From the NCBI RefSeq assembly GCF_009914755.1, contig NC_060927.1: DNA of 64,000 nt; one strand, 5' to 3'. Below the pieces are notes generated by a model. It saw nothing but the letters and a program-made list of their open reading frames with translations, did no database searches and had not been told where the DNA came from. This DNA is from the human T2T-CHM13v2.0 reference genome, Homo sapiens. Shown here in pieces: positions 1 to 15,863 of this stretch (position 1 is its first letter; each line of letters starts with the position of its first letter). The position numbers and the translations under genes were made by a program.

Positions 1-2689
1 TGAAGTGAGCAGAGATTGAATGTATTAGGAGAGTCTGAGCATTACTTTTGGTTGAAGTAAAAAATAATACTTATATATGCCACTTCGGATATGTTATGAA
101 TAAAAAAGAAGAGCCATTTTGATAATAGTTGTTTTCAGAGCCTTTGTATCATTGACTATTTTAGTTTAAATGGCAGTGCTTAGCTGATTAATTTCAAAAC
201 GTATCTCTGTTGATCTTAAAACCATAAAGTTATGGTCCTTGTAGTCTTCTCTATGACAAAACAATAGAAGCAAAACTACATGATGGTTTTTAAGCTAATT
301 TTTGTGTTAACAAGTCTCCTAAAAATATGCAGTAGACCTCACATTTACATAAAATTACAGAGAAGATGCTTCAGCAAATGCAAATAAATGCAAAAAAGGA
401 ATATTTTAATTTTGATTCATGATTAGTATCAACTTTCACAATGTGATAATAATACAAAAGCAGAATTCTGCATTGAGTATATAACTAATGGTTGTAAGCT
501 GTTTATAGAGTAAATATCCTAATTAATTTATTTTATCAAATACATTTGTTGACTATATTTCAGACTGTTTTAAAATCTAAGATCTTTCAAGATGTTTTGA
601 TATTAAAATCATATGTATTGACTTATGCAGTTCTGCACTATGACCAGACCAGCAAAATGATTTATTTCACTTGATGCATTATTAATTGTACAAATTGACT
701 GTTTAACCTTTATTGATTTACATTTCTTACTTAATGTTCAACTTAGGAACAGCAGCAAAAATTATTTTACAAAAGTTAATTGTAACGTAATAGGAAAGAT
801 AACTTTACTATTCACTGTTGTACACATTAAATTCGGTAATTTTCAAGGTCTTGAAAAAGCATTCTTACTTTCAAAGCAGAACATTTCTAATTCTAAATAG
901 TGAACCTACTGAAGCTGATCTTTGCATTCTCAGGAATTGCAGCATCTTGTGGTTCTTATATTTGGATTATAGTGGAATTTTTGATCTTTCGTTCTCATTA
1001 CTTTTTTTTTTTTTACTGAATTCTTGTTTACCAGAGACTGTTACTTATTTTTAATAACATTGAATTAATTACATTTTGACATGACCATGCCATTTGGAAC
1101 CCTTTTATTATTAAATACGATTCAAAAATTCATCAAAATAATCTGATATCCAAGAAATATTTCTTTTAAAATGTAGGCCATGTAGGCGGCCCTTTTTATT
1201 TGTGATTATAACCATGGAGAAGGTGAGGTATAATTACTTTTAGTGCATCTCAATTTATTATTGTTTATGTATGCCTATGGATTTTCTGAATATTTTGAAG
1301 TCTATAAATAGCTTTCAAATGTTTGTTTCTATTTTTAAAATTTTTACTTATTTATGTTCTTTGCTTTTGCATGATCAAATATTTTTTAGTCTGTAAATAG
1401 TTTTCAAGTATTTTTCCCACAAATCACCCAGATAGCCCAAAAGTTGCAATATTTTGACATACTGAAATACACATTACTTTTCCAGTATTTCTTCTTTCAA
1501 ATGGAAATAGAACAAAATTGTTTGACCGACCATATATCTTGATTTTTTTTTAAAACTATGGTTTCATAAAATGTTTCCAGATAATATAGGGAGTAAAATT
1601 TTCTTTTAATGTCAAAGAGAATCTGCCTCTATGTTTTGTAGTTTACTTAAGAGGGAGAATGGCTTTCAAACAGGTTGTCTTGTGAATTTCAAAGTGATTT
1701 TGTTGTCTGTAGGTTCTTGAGGTCAAGTTTAAGTTCACTACTAGGGCTGTGAAATATCTTGGGTAGAAACAACTTTTACATCCTAGTGGATGTGAGTTTG
1801 TAAATGACTTTTACCATACTAATAAATCTCCCATTTACAAATGAGTCTTAATATAACCGATAATCATGTTCCCCAGTTGGTTATTAAGAAAGCAGGAATT
1901 ATATGTTCATATTGATACTAGTTTGCCATTTGTACCCAAAAGAAGTACAGGATGTGAGATGAGAAAATGAACAACACAAAAATTCTAGGTAAATTGCTCA
2001 AAGTCAGGCAGGGAGGGATAGAGACATCACAATTTCAAGGAAAGCGTTTGTTGAAAGGCATAATATAATCACTTTATCTTTGCTGCAGATTAAAACTGAT
2101 TATTATCCATGAGAGAAAGACCCCTAAAACATAAAATACAGGAGAGATACACTTTTATAGAAGAAAAGACAGGCCTGGGTAACACTGGGGATTCTAGGAA
2201 GTCATATAGTGACACACAGATACATACTTCTAAAGAAGGATAGAAATATAAAAAAGAAAATTTTAAGGACAGAGATAAAAAGTATTTCATACCTTTGGAA
2301 AGCTGTCCAAAGGATCCTTTGAATCAGCTAATGTGATCACCAAATAAGCCATGAACTTTCAAGTCTTGGCTCATACTTCACAGTCAGAATTCCCTTCTAC
2401 CATTCCACAACTGCAATTTCGACAATCCCTCTTACGATTCAATACCACCTCCCTTACTTACCTATTCTCTCCCTCGTTTCTTCCCGCAGCAATTTGCTTC
2501 TGCAGTTGTCTGCCTTTTAGTTTTGCCCTGCATTATGAATAGTTTCTTGTGTCTCTATTTCTTCCAGTAGGTTTTGAGATTTTTGTGGTCTCCATGATTG
2601 CCTCACTTGACATAAAACAAGCAGTAAATAAATGTTTGTTTCTTCTTTAAATTGAAATAAGATGGAAGGTGATCAGGCAAGCTCAGATA

Positions 2690-2830
2690 GTACCCTCCAC
2701 TAGCATGAACAGCATTTACTTGCACTTATTAGTATATGATTTTACCTGTGTGCATGATTCAGGGCAAGATCTGGTTTCCTCATCCGTAGATAACAGGTAA
2801 CAAGCTTTGTCTCAATGAAACTTGCCACGC
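2690..2830 (+). mobile_element. MIR remnant
   Basis: ggtttcctcatccgtaga resembles the MIR core (cagtttcctcatctgtaaa); highly decayed, boundaries approximate. Confidence 0.45.
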
Positions 2831-4973
2831 TTGCTATATCTTCAGCAGGTGCATCAAATGGTTCTCCCAGAACTGCTCCTTTGCTGCAAAGCTTTAAAAA
2901 ATATAGTACTTTCAACATCTTAATAATCTTTCATATAATTTATCTTTTAAATAAGCAAAACATGTGTATGTTTTATTTATATATGTTTTGCTTATGCTTG
3001 CTTATATGTTTTGCGTATATGTTAAAAGTATATATGATGCTTTTTCCAAACTACAAGTAAAATATTAATATTTTGATTATAAATTAAATAAATTGTTCCT
3101 GTTCACTATTAAGTGAGTGACTGTAATATAAAATAAGGGACACATTGTACTGTAAAATCCTTCCTGTAAAATATTTTAAAAGTATGATAGGTTTTAAAGG
3201 AGTGCCAGTTGCTAAGAATGTCTGTTTTAAAAATAAAGCACACAATAACCAAAGATATTAACAGAAAGCCAGGCATAAATCATATTAAATACCAGTGCTT
3301 TTATGAAAACCCAGCTGAGCAATGATCTAGCACACTATCAAGTTTGATTTAATATAATAAGAGGTATCGGAAGTAAACTCCTAGGAGCCATTAACATGAT
3401 CGGTGATTAATTTGAGTCTGAATCATATTCTCTAGTATGTTATTGAAAGAAAAGAAGTGAAAATTTATTAGAATTTATTGGCAGAGGACACAGTATCTGA
3501 AAAACATGGCAAGAATATGAATTCTTAATAAAAATTCCAGGAAGTCAGTGGTTTCTGGGCATCATAGATAAACTGTAGAGAAAGAAAATAATTAATTTTT
3601 TTTGGAGAACCCCAAACATTATGAAGTGTCAATAATATGACAAGGGAAGATCGGCACTTTTTTTTCCCCTCAGAGTATTCTACTGTTCCTTGAAATTAAG
3701 GCTGATGGAAAAGAAGTCCTATCTATGTTTAGTGACCTTATTCAGGATATCGCCTTTTTGCTCTTTTCTACTTCCATCTATGCATATACTGGGGGAAATT
3801 TTCTTGCCAGAGGTAGTAATATTTGCAGTTAATACTTATTTATATATCCTTCAGTATAAAATTTATTGTATTCTAAATCCTGTTTGCTTAAATGACATAG
3901 TTTAAAATAAATTTTCTTTTATAGGTTAAGTCTTGAGACGGTTTTGCCATTTATATTAATGCTATTGTCATTTTTTAAATGCAGTTTGTTATTTGAATGT
4001 GGCTATATTCTGTTCTAAAATGCATTTACTTTCTTAGCAAAGGCTAAAAAAGACTAAAGGCTAAAAAATAAATCTAGAATCTAGATGTTCAGTATCCACA
4101 GTCTGAATTGGTAGTTACCTAATGCTGTTTTCTTTTGCTTGGCTATCTTATTAATCCTGGAGATTCATATTGTTCTTAAAACCCTTTATCAGTTGGATGA
4201 ATGAAATATGTTACTTTCTTCATTTAGTAAAAAATACTTACTGAGCATCTACTATCTGCCAAAGTTGGTCTCTTTACATTTTAATTTGAATTGATTAGGA
4301 TTTTTTCATAAATCTTGTCTATTTTTAGCTCTATATAAATACCCCTTTCCTATTCCTTGCCTATTTCTATTGACATGTAAATCTTTTTCTTATTAATTAT
4401 AATAAATATTTAGATATTTAAGCTATTACCCCTTTTCTGGTAGTAATAATATACAAATGATAAAATGTAGGGGTTTCACCCTCAAATAATTTTTTGGAAA
4501 AGTGTCCACTTTTACTCATGTTTTGTAAAGGCTCTCAGAATACATAAAACACTACTCTCAATAATTTTGAAAAAAATTAGCAAAGACTATTTGTGGAAGA
4601 TACACTGGAAATGACCTCAGTCAGTGCTACATTTGGATGCTTCATAAAAGTCACCTGATAAAATTGGTAATAAAATAGATAAAACATTTAAACCAGATTT
4701 AGTAATTATTCTAGAGAATCTGACCTCAGAAGTGTCAGCGTGGCTGTAAACAGGCTTTAAAACATAATTTTAGAAAGCATGATAGTTTGAAGATGGCAAT
4801 TTGAGACAGCATCTCCTTTCTTCTGCCAATCTGATCCCACAGGATCCAGAAATACCTAAACAGAGTTTTCCACAAAAGGAAGATTTTTATATGACATGAC
4901 TATAAAACACAAATAAATAGAAAACAAAATTAGTAGTAATTATGTAGTTTTATTTATCCATATCTTATATTAA

Positions 4974-5433
<460 letters not shown>

Positions 5434-5513
5434 CAGTTAATTTTATCTTTAAATGAAATCAGCCTTTGTTTCCTCAAATCTTACTCAAATCTCCTCTTCA
5501 CATAAAATCTTAA

Positions 5514-5898
<385 letters not shown>

Positions 5899-5900
<2 letters not shown>

Positions 5901-5941
5901 GGATAATGTGGAAGTCATTATGGGATAATGTGGAAGTCATT
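5899..5941. repeat. 21-bp direct duplication at the Alu 5' junction
   Basis: tgggataatgtggaagtcatt at 5899-5919 and 5921-5941. Confidence 0.9.
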
Positions 5942-6870
5942 CAGTGAGTAGTTTCCATGAGGACATTCAGGTTCTTCATGGCAGGCAGGAGGAAGCCACC
6001 TTCAGATTTCATAATAGTAAAGACTGTCTATAAACACTGAGAGAAAGTGAAGAGTCTCTGCTTGTATAAGATTCAAGGCAAGAAAAGAAATAAAAATGAT
6101 CTATCTTAACACACTAATGAGAATACTTCATGAAACCAAGCTGAAAGACAGCAGTGAAAGACCAGGATAATTTTTCAATTCATGTTAAAATCAGAAAATA
6201 GGCAGCCTGCTGGGTAGGCTTTATGTATGTTTGTTGAATTCTTGCTTTACCAATCGAGTGTTGTAAGATTGACAACTTTACTGACTATATCGAAGATTGC
6301 TTTATTTATTCTCTTCCAAAGTAGTACATCTTTGAATTAAGCTTTGCAATAAGGCAAACAGTTAAAACAATGTGTTGAAGTTAAAGGTAGAGTTATAGGT
6401 ACATGTAGACAAAATGTTGGCATCAGAACCATGAAACACATTTCAGATATTTTACTAAATTTTAACATTTCCATATAGACATTTGTATAGACTGAGCAGT
6501 TAATTCTCCAGAAGATGAAGAAACTTAATGTGGTGTGAATTTGTTTAAATCTAGGAAGGGTGATTTTGTTCACCTTGAAACAAAGGGTATTTGTCTAGAA
6601 ATGTATAATTTAAATCTTTGGTGAAATAAGTCATGGAGATAAGGAATAAAAACTTTTAAATTACCTGAAATAGTATATCACTGAGAAGACTTTTAAGTAG
6701 GAAAAATTAAGTTAGGAGTTAACTTTTTATTTCAAAAGAAACCCTAAAATATTTTTGAATACAGTATGGACAAATTAAAAGTCAATATTTAAGGAAAAAA
6801 TGCAAGTCTAAATTCTTATGAGTATAGCTGTTGTTTTGATAAGAACCTAGATGTTAAAAATGAAATTTCA

Positions 6871-7206
<336 letters not shown>

Positions 7207-8058
7207 TCAGTACTAAATTGGAATCATAAGCTCAAATTTTAATAAGGTTTCTCAAAGTTCTTTTAAGAAATAAATATCTAACTTACTTTTAGAAATTGTG
7301 CACAAAAGGATTTCAAGATTTGTTTAAAAACAGATACAAATAACATAAACCACATTAGTTGCAGAAATAATATTAAATAATATATGGTGAGCCACATTCT
7401 TAAAAATGCAACCACACATTTTTCTTTAATTAGGATCATCATTATCCAGATTAATATTGCTGATAGTTTCTCCCTTATTAAAATTCTGTCTGATGAGTGT
7501 TTCCTCACTGTATCACTGGAATAAAATTTTCAGTGATCCCTGACAATTTAGAAGAGAACAATAAATCTGGAAAAGGCTGGCATTGTTTGAGTCATCAAAT
7601 GTCTACAAATAAGGATATAGATAATCATCAATTGGTAATTTTTAAGGTTTTTGGAAATTATAAAAAAATCTAAAGATGGGGAGAAAGTTATCCATAACCC
7701 TATCACCATATATATAATTGCCATTAACTTTTGCCATATTTCTTTCTATACGTTTTGCATTTTTGTATCATAATAGAAGATATATCAACATAATTTTTAC
7801 ACTATATCAACATAAATTTTACAACATAATTTTTCATATGCTCTGCTTTTTTAAAATTGGAAAATAAAAGTATATTAATTATAATTATATTATTACATGT
7901 TACAATTATAGTTGAAGATTTCAATATTCCCCTCTCAGCAAATGACAGAAATATTAGAAAGAAAACCAGTAAAGATAGATCTGAACAACACAATCAACCA
8001 ACAGGATGTAACTGACATACATACATAAATACTTTATATATATGAATAAAAAACACAG

Positions 8059-8575
8059 GACCCAGCAACCCCATTACTGGGTATATACCCAAAGGAATAT
8101 AAATTATTGTACTATAAAGACACATGCACATGTATGTTTATTATAGCACAATTTACAACAGCAAAGACATGGAACCAACCCAAATGCCCATCAATGATAG
8201 ACTGGATAAAGAAAATGTGATACATATACACCATGGAACACTATGCAACCATAAAAAGGAATGAGATCATGTCCTTTGCAGGGACATGGATGAAGCTGGA
8301 AGTCATCACCCTCAGCAAACTAACACAGGAACAGAAAACTAAACACCACCTATTCTCACTCATAAATGGGAGTCGAACACTGAGAACTCATGGACACCAA
8401 GAGGGGAACAACACACACCAGGGCCTATTGGGGGTGGGGTTTGAGGGGAGGGAACTTAGAGGACATGGCAATAGGTGCAGCAAACCACCATGGCACACGT
8501 GTACGTATGCAACAAACCTGTACGTTCCGCACATGTATCCTTTTTTTTTAAGAATAAAGAAAAGAGAAAGAAAAC
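8059..8575 (+). mobile_element. 5'-truncated L1PA (L1PA13/14-like) 3' end
   Basis: gacccagcaaccccattactgggtatatacccaaagg...aataggtgcagcaaaccaccatggcacacg, A-rich tail; short TSD aaaacaca. Confidence 0.88.
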
Positions 8576-8932
8576 ACATATGTAAAACATTCCACTCACT
8601 AGCAGAATACACATTTTTCTTACATGCCCATAGAAAATTCACCAATATAGACCATATCCTGGGCTATAAAACAAACCTCAACACAATGAGAAAACTGAAA
8701 TAATTCAGAGCATGTTCTCTGACTATAATGGAATAAAAACTCAATGGTAAAAAACCCCAAAATAATCTAATTTGAAAGTGAACAAAAGACACGAGCAACC
8801 ATTTCATACATATGGCAAATAAGCACATAAAAATGTTTGATGTTATTCATTAGAGAAATGCAAATTGAAACTACAATGAGGTATCACTGCACACCTACAC
8901 ACTGGCTAAAATAAAACAATAGTGGCAACACC

Positions 8933-8990
8933 ACTGAGAATGTTGAGAAAATGGATTGCAAAAACTGAGAATGTTGAGAAAATGGATTGC
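8933..8990. repeat. 27-bp direct duplication with 4-nt spacer
   Basis: actgagaatgttgagaaaatggattgc at 8933-8959 and 8964-8990. Confidence 0.92.
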
Positions 8991-10126
8991 TCCATCCTAC
9001 ATTGCTGATAGTAGTGTGAAATTGTACAGTCACTAGAGAAAACAATATGGAGAAACTCAATAGTTGCACTCCTGGACACTTACTCCAGAGACATTCTTAT
9101 ATTCACACAAAAATCTGTACAAGAATGTTCATAGCAACTTCATTTATAATAGCTCCAAACTGAAAGTGATCTAGATGTCCTTCAATGGATGAATGATTAA
9201 ACAAACCAGTACATCCATACTAAGACCACTACTTTACAGTGAGAAGGCACCAACTAGTGATCCATGCAGTGACTTGAATGAATCTCTAGGGAATATGCTG
9301 AGTAAAAAAATCTGATCTCAAACTGTTACATACAATATGATTACATGACACAATTATAGGAATGGAGAACAGATTATTGATAATGAGGAGCTAGGGACTG
9401 CATAGGTGTTGTGTTTATAAAAGTCAACAAAAATGAATCCTGTAGTGAGGGAACTGTAATGTATCTTGAATTTGGTAGGTGGATATGCAGATTTACATGT
9501 CATAAACTTGCACAGACATAATACACACACACATACAAGAGTGAAAGTGCAAGTAAAACGAGAAGTCTTAAGTTTGGTGGATTGCCTTGGTGTTAATATT
9601 CTAGTTTTGCAAGATATTACCTCTGGGAGAAACTGCATAAACGGTACATGAGATCTCTCTGTATTACAACTGCCTATGAATCTATAACTATCTTAAAGTA
9701 AAATTTAATTAAAAATAATAATGTTAAAAATTAGATGTATTTAATTTTATTCCTTCCTTTATTTTATTCAGGACAATTTTAATCATGTTTAACTGGGGTT
9801 TTGGATAAGAGGATAAATCGTATCTAAAGGAAGTAATTTTCCATAAGGTTTTACTGTGTTAAATTATAGATAGATTTCTATAATAAGGAGTAACAACTCA
9901 TAATGAGGTTTGTTTTGAAGTTTCATTCACAAGCCATTATAGAAGCATACATCAGCCCCTCCACATCTTCATCATTATGTCTGTTGTTTTAGGATGTTTG
10001 CTATAAAATGAGGATTGTGTTTAGTGATATTCATAGAAGGAAATTGGCAAGTCCTTTTGTATAATGACTTTGTCATTTTTGTTTTTGTTTTTCTTAATGA
10101 TCTTTTAGTTTGTTAGTACTTATTTA

Positions 10127-10592
<466 letters not shown>

Positions 10593-10890
10593 TTACATTA
10601 TGGTATTTCCCATGCAGACAAGAAAAAAAATAATGTTTTTTAAATGAAACCAGGCATAATTTAAAATAACTTCTTATGTTGAAGTTTCTTCCTTTCCCCC
10701 AAATGTGTACTATTTTTTTCTTTTTATAACTCAAAATTACTACTACCGTGAGTCCACATATGTTCTATTTTCATGTATTTTGCCTGAAAAAAGATAACTT
10801 CTGTGTTTGCATACTCACGTATTTATTTTTCTAACTTAGAAAAGTTTTCTTCGGTTACATCTCTGATTATTGGTACCATTTCAACTATAG

Positions 10891-11209
<319 letters not shown>

Positions 11210-11329
11210 TATAGTGTTTTCTTTCTTAAGAAAATAATTCTTAAGCTGCATCTTTCACCGCTATTATTCCTATCTATTAGGCTCTCTGATTTTTTTCACC
11301 TCTTTCAGGAGAGTGCTTCAAGATTGTTG

Positions 11330-11490
11330 GCTGTATCATTCACTTTATTTTCATTATTTACTTTATAGTTCATTTTATAAGCCAATGCTAGTGATAATAA
11401 ATGCAAAAATTTAAATACTGCTAACTTAGTATGTGGGATTCTCCCCAAACATCTGGCCCTAGAGTCTGTGCGTTTAATCACGCACCAGAG
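11330..11490 (-). mobile_element. MIR remnant
   Basis: Reverse complement gtgattaaacgcacagactctagggccagatg...gaatccc matches the MIR tRNA-derived head. Confidence 0.6.
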
Positions 11491-11929
11491 CCACACAGTA
11501 CCATTCAATGAACTAACTACAGATCCACATTAAGTACAGAAACGGAGTAAGCGTTTAGAAACTTTTACAGCAAATCAACAGAAAAACATTACATCTATTA
11601 AATCTCATAATAAACAAATAGAATTTGTATTTTTATGTCTTATTTTTACTTCGTTTTTCCTAGTAATTCTTTTTTCCTATATTTAACAAAGTCTTGGTCC
11701 ACAACAGATTGGGACAGAAATACAACAAAGTAGAACTAGTTCTTCATGACAGATAGAGAAAACAACTCTAGCAACCTGTTAGGAATTTAGATAATTCAGA
11801 AATTATAAAGAAAAGACCCTCAAAATTCTATTATTAAAAAGGGACCACCATTAGATACTATCATGGATATATCTATATCTACAGTGTGACTAAATCTATA
11901 TGAATTTCTATCTATCTCTATCCATCCAT

Positions 11930-13330
11930 TTACAAAGATGGTATTGTTATCCATACTACTATGTAATCTGCTTGTTTCTCTGAATATATCATGAACATTT
12001 TCATGTTAATAAATATATATATCATTATTATAAGTGGCTGCATAATTTTATTAGATCTCCATTTAATGGTTTCCCTAATGAGAAATTTTTCTAGTGACAT
12101 TGAAAATTCTCAGTATCATACATAATGTACAATGAACAGCCGTGTGTATACATCTTGCCCACGGGTTTGATCATTTTCAAATTGTTATATTCTATCTGTT
12201 ATAATGTATGCTTACATATTGGAGTTGCTGAGTCAGGAGTATACAATTGAATCCAGAAAATACTAATACTTTAGAATATACATCATAAAAGTGCTCTCCA
12301 GAAAAGTTTTACACTTTTGCAACAAGGTAAAAGTTCTTGTTTCTATATACTAGTACCTACACTAGATATTAGCAATGTTTTACTGTATTTGTTCTTTGAT
12401 AATTAGATGGACAAAAATGGCACCTCACCTCAAAATCAATTACTAGCTCAGTCTCCTGTGTTTATCGGCCATGGGTATGGGTATACTGTTTGCTCATAAA
12501 TTTTATTCCTTTTACATTAGGCTGTTCTAAATTTGTTCACTTATTTTTATTTAGTAAATATATAATTAATTTTAAAAAATGTGTCATTTATTATAAGGTT
12601 ATGTTTTGTTATTGGGCTTATGCTAGCTTTATAAAACAAACTGGAAAGATTGGAAAGATTGCCATCTTTCTAAATACTCTGAAACATTCTAAAATAGTTG
12701 AAAAAGTCTAAGCCCAGCTCCTTTCACCTTTTTTTTTCCTTTTTAATCATTCTGTTCAGGTTTTCCACATTTTGCATTAATTTTGTTAATTTATATTTTT
12801 CTAGAAAATCATAGGTTTTATTCATATTTTAAAATTTGTCCTTACAGTAGAGAACATTATATTCTTAGAACATTCAGAATGCCTGTGTGCTAGTGGTGTC
12901 ATCCCCTGGGGCTCATTCTTAGCACTTTGTAGTTTTGTTTACTGTATTTCTTAACTAGAATTGCGGAAGGTTTGATTATTGTGTTTTCTCTAAAAACAAC
13001 AAACTCTTAGATTAATTGATTAAGTCTTGTATTCTGCTTTCTAATTCATTAGTTTTGGCTTTTATCTTGGCTTTTTTTTTTCTTTCCTCTTTTGATTTCC
13101 TTAGGTTTTTGTTTTCTTAGTTCTTTTACTAATGTCTTTTTTTTTGGTTATTTTTTTTTCTCTTCATCTCCAATGTGATAGTATGCTAATGTCTTTAGTT
13201 GAATACTTAGCTCATTTATCTTACTTTTTCTTATTCATTATCTTACTTTTTCTTACTCATTATCTTACTTTTTCTTATATATAAATTTGTTGTATGCTTC
13301 TTTGCTTTACTTAGGAAAAAATTCACAGCT
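11930..13330 (-). mobile_element. Very old L1M/L1ME fragments
   Basis: T-rich decayed antisense L1-like segments (e.g. ggcttatgctagctttataaaacaaactggaaag); boundaries approximate. Confidence 0.5.
13212..13278. repeat. 22-bp tandem repeat x3
   Basis: tcattatcttactttttctta(t/c) three times. Confidence 0.9.
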
Positions 13331-13625
13331 TTTATTTCCAGCTTTTTTATGAAGAGTTAGTTAAGAAAGTTTGGGCTATTATTTTTAAAAACTTTACCAC
13401 CTACTTTTCTTAGTTACTTGTAAGATTAGACCTTTTTTGCATATTTGTTACTCATTATATTTAATCATTTATGGATTATCTGCTTAGTTCCTTTATGATT
13501 TGTATTTTTTGTTGTTAATTTCTGTGAGTTCAGCCATGGAAGCATGGGGTTTGGACATGTTATGCATTTCTTTTCCCATCCCACATAAATGAACTCCTCT
13601 GGATAAATGTCTCTATCCCATTTGG

Positions 13626-13629
<4 letters not shown>

Positions 13630-13659
<30 letters not shown>
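13630..13659. repeat. Poly-T tract (30 nt)
   Basis: Uninterrupted T run with no adjoining Alu or L1 body. Confidence 0.95.
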
Positions 13660-13660
<1 letters not shown>

Positions 13661-13751
13661 ACGTACAGCTATTACACCTGCACAGAAAGCCCAGCATTTT
13701 GAGTGACTCTCCTTTGTTATGTGGAGGAAAGTCAGTCTGAGAATGAAGCTA

Positions 13752-14126
<375 letters not shown>

Positions 14127-15840
14127 TCAAAATATAAAAAATAATTTTAAAAGTCAGTATTCTTTTAGTTATTTTGAAAAAGTAATTTAAATTAGGGAAT
14201 TAGAGGAAAAATGAAAATTATAAAAAAATTAAATTACAGAATGAATTTTAAATTAGATGCAATAAGCAAAGAACCAATATGAGATAAGATCAAATTGTAA
14301 ATGTGGAGGATAAGCTTTAAAAATAAACAATGTTAAAGATTCCATTACTAAAGAATTTTTACAATTTCTAAGATATTTTCATTTGCAAAATTGTACTTAA
14401 TTTCTCAGAATTTCCATGAAGTCAATAAAACACTTACTATTGCCTTATTTTACAGGTATAAAACTCTGTGCTAAAAGATCTAGTGATTTGCCCCCATTGA
14501 TAGCAGATGCTAGAATTGATTTGTTAAATAGAAGGTTCTCTGTATCATGCTAGGTGTCTTAAGCTACTCACTACTTTTTAAATCTTACTACGTAGCACCT
14601 CTGTTTGAAATTCAGTAGACCTTTTCTTTATGACTCTCAATGCTTTTCTTTTGGAAATATGGTTTCCGGATTCCAGTTGAGTTTAATGCTTCCATTTTTT
14701 TCACTATGTAGCATCTATTCAAAGGTCTATCTTCGTATAATAAGAGATTAATCCAAGCCAAATGATTGCTAATAGATTGAGTTGGTGGTTTTTCTAGGTT
14801 CTCCTGCAACTCACCACAGTGCTGTTAGATCTTTTACATATAGAACTTCCTTTGCTAGAATTGGAAGGGGAAAAAGAATCCCAGACTTCAGTCACCAGAG
14901 TTCACTACTCTTTATTTCACCACCTCTTCTTATCAACATCATATCTCAAAGTGAAGTATACCACACTTGTCCATTTCCACCTTGGACATGATAAATGAGA
15001 TTAACATTTGTACGTGGATATACAGAGAGAGATACTAACTAGGGGATAAAATAGCACTGAGAGCCTCAGATATAAGTCCTTGAGCAGAAGAGAACAGATA
15101 CTGTTGGCACTCTAGTTGCAAGGGTCCTGTGTCTCTGAGTTGGGCATGCAATGGATATAGGTAACAATCTACTTTTTATCTGCCGTTCTTTCTTGGGGAT
15201 TTGGTTTTCAGAAATTTCACTTGGTGCTTCATAGATTTTCATAGTTATTGTACTTTTTAAAAATCTCTTCCCTTGGGTTAATGTATATGGAGGGATGAGA
15301 ATTATGCACAACAATTAGCCACCATCCTAACCTGCAGATTCCTTAATGGGATCTTTAAAATTTCTTTTCAGATATCAAACTAAATGTTCAAGACATCAAG
15401 GGTATTGCAATTAATAGTTTTCAATTTCAATAAATATCTTTTTATACTCCCTTAACAGGGTGGAAAGAAGCTCTACACTGTAGAATAACACCCATTGGTT
15501 TTACATTTTCCATCATTTTGTTACTTGAAAGAGGAATGAATCAGCAAGCTCATCACTTGTAACTTTCTACATGGTACCTCATAGATCTACTAAAGTGTCT
15601 CCCTGGGAGCGACAGAATATGTAGGGCTAAGAGATGTGAAGAATTATATTCATACATCAGTGGACTTAAAAGTACTATCAGAGTTTCAGGAGCAATGCTT
15701 TTCAGTCAAGTAGGCCATGATGTGATCTCTATTAAATTTATGCCAAATGAGGTTACTCCCTGAGTGACAAGCTATTGAATGACAGTAAAAAGTAATTAAT
15801 CACTCCTACTCCTATTTGTTAAAATAGCTGTGCTTCAACA

Positions 15841-15863
15841 TTTTTTTTTTTTTTTTTTTTTTT
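15841..15863. repeat. Poly-T tract (23 nt)
   Basis: Uninterrupted T run followed by gccag. Confidence 0.95.

Larger units (their letters stand above)
7895..9720 (+). mobile_element. Old L1M (L1MC/L1MD-like) remnant interrupted by an L1PA
   Basis: ORF2 endonuclease-like remnants (IIVEDFNIPLS; AEYTFF..AH..FTNIDHILGYKTNLN) on either side of the L1PA, then an L1 3' region ending aactgcctatgaatctataactatcttaaagtaaaa. Confidence 0.8.

Noticed and set aside
7490-7543. CTGATGA...CTGA as a C/D snoRNA or hammerhead ribozyme core
   Set aside because: C box lacks the leading purine, the span is only ~54 nt with a poor terminal stem, and no GAAA follows the putative hammerhead stem II
8233-8703. 156-aa ORF
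   Set aside because: Chance read-through from the L1PA 3' UTR into an older L1M endonuclease remnant; not a gene
13212-13278. CRISPR-like array
   Set aside because: Simple tandem repeat without spacers in eukaryotic DNA
13630-13670. Orphan poly-T as a retrocopy tail or splice acceptor (also 15841-15868)
   Set aside because: No TSD, no recognisable retroposed body and no convincing downstream donor
14589-14730. Minus-strand exon ending in gtaaga
   Set aside because: Donor context and both possible acceptors are weak; no frame is open throughout
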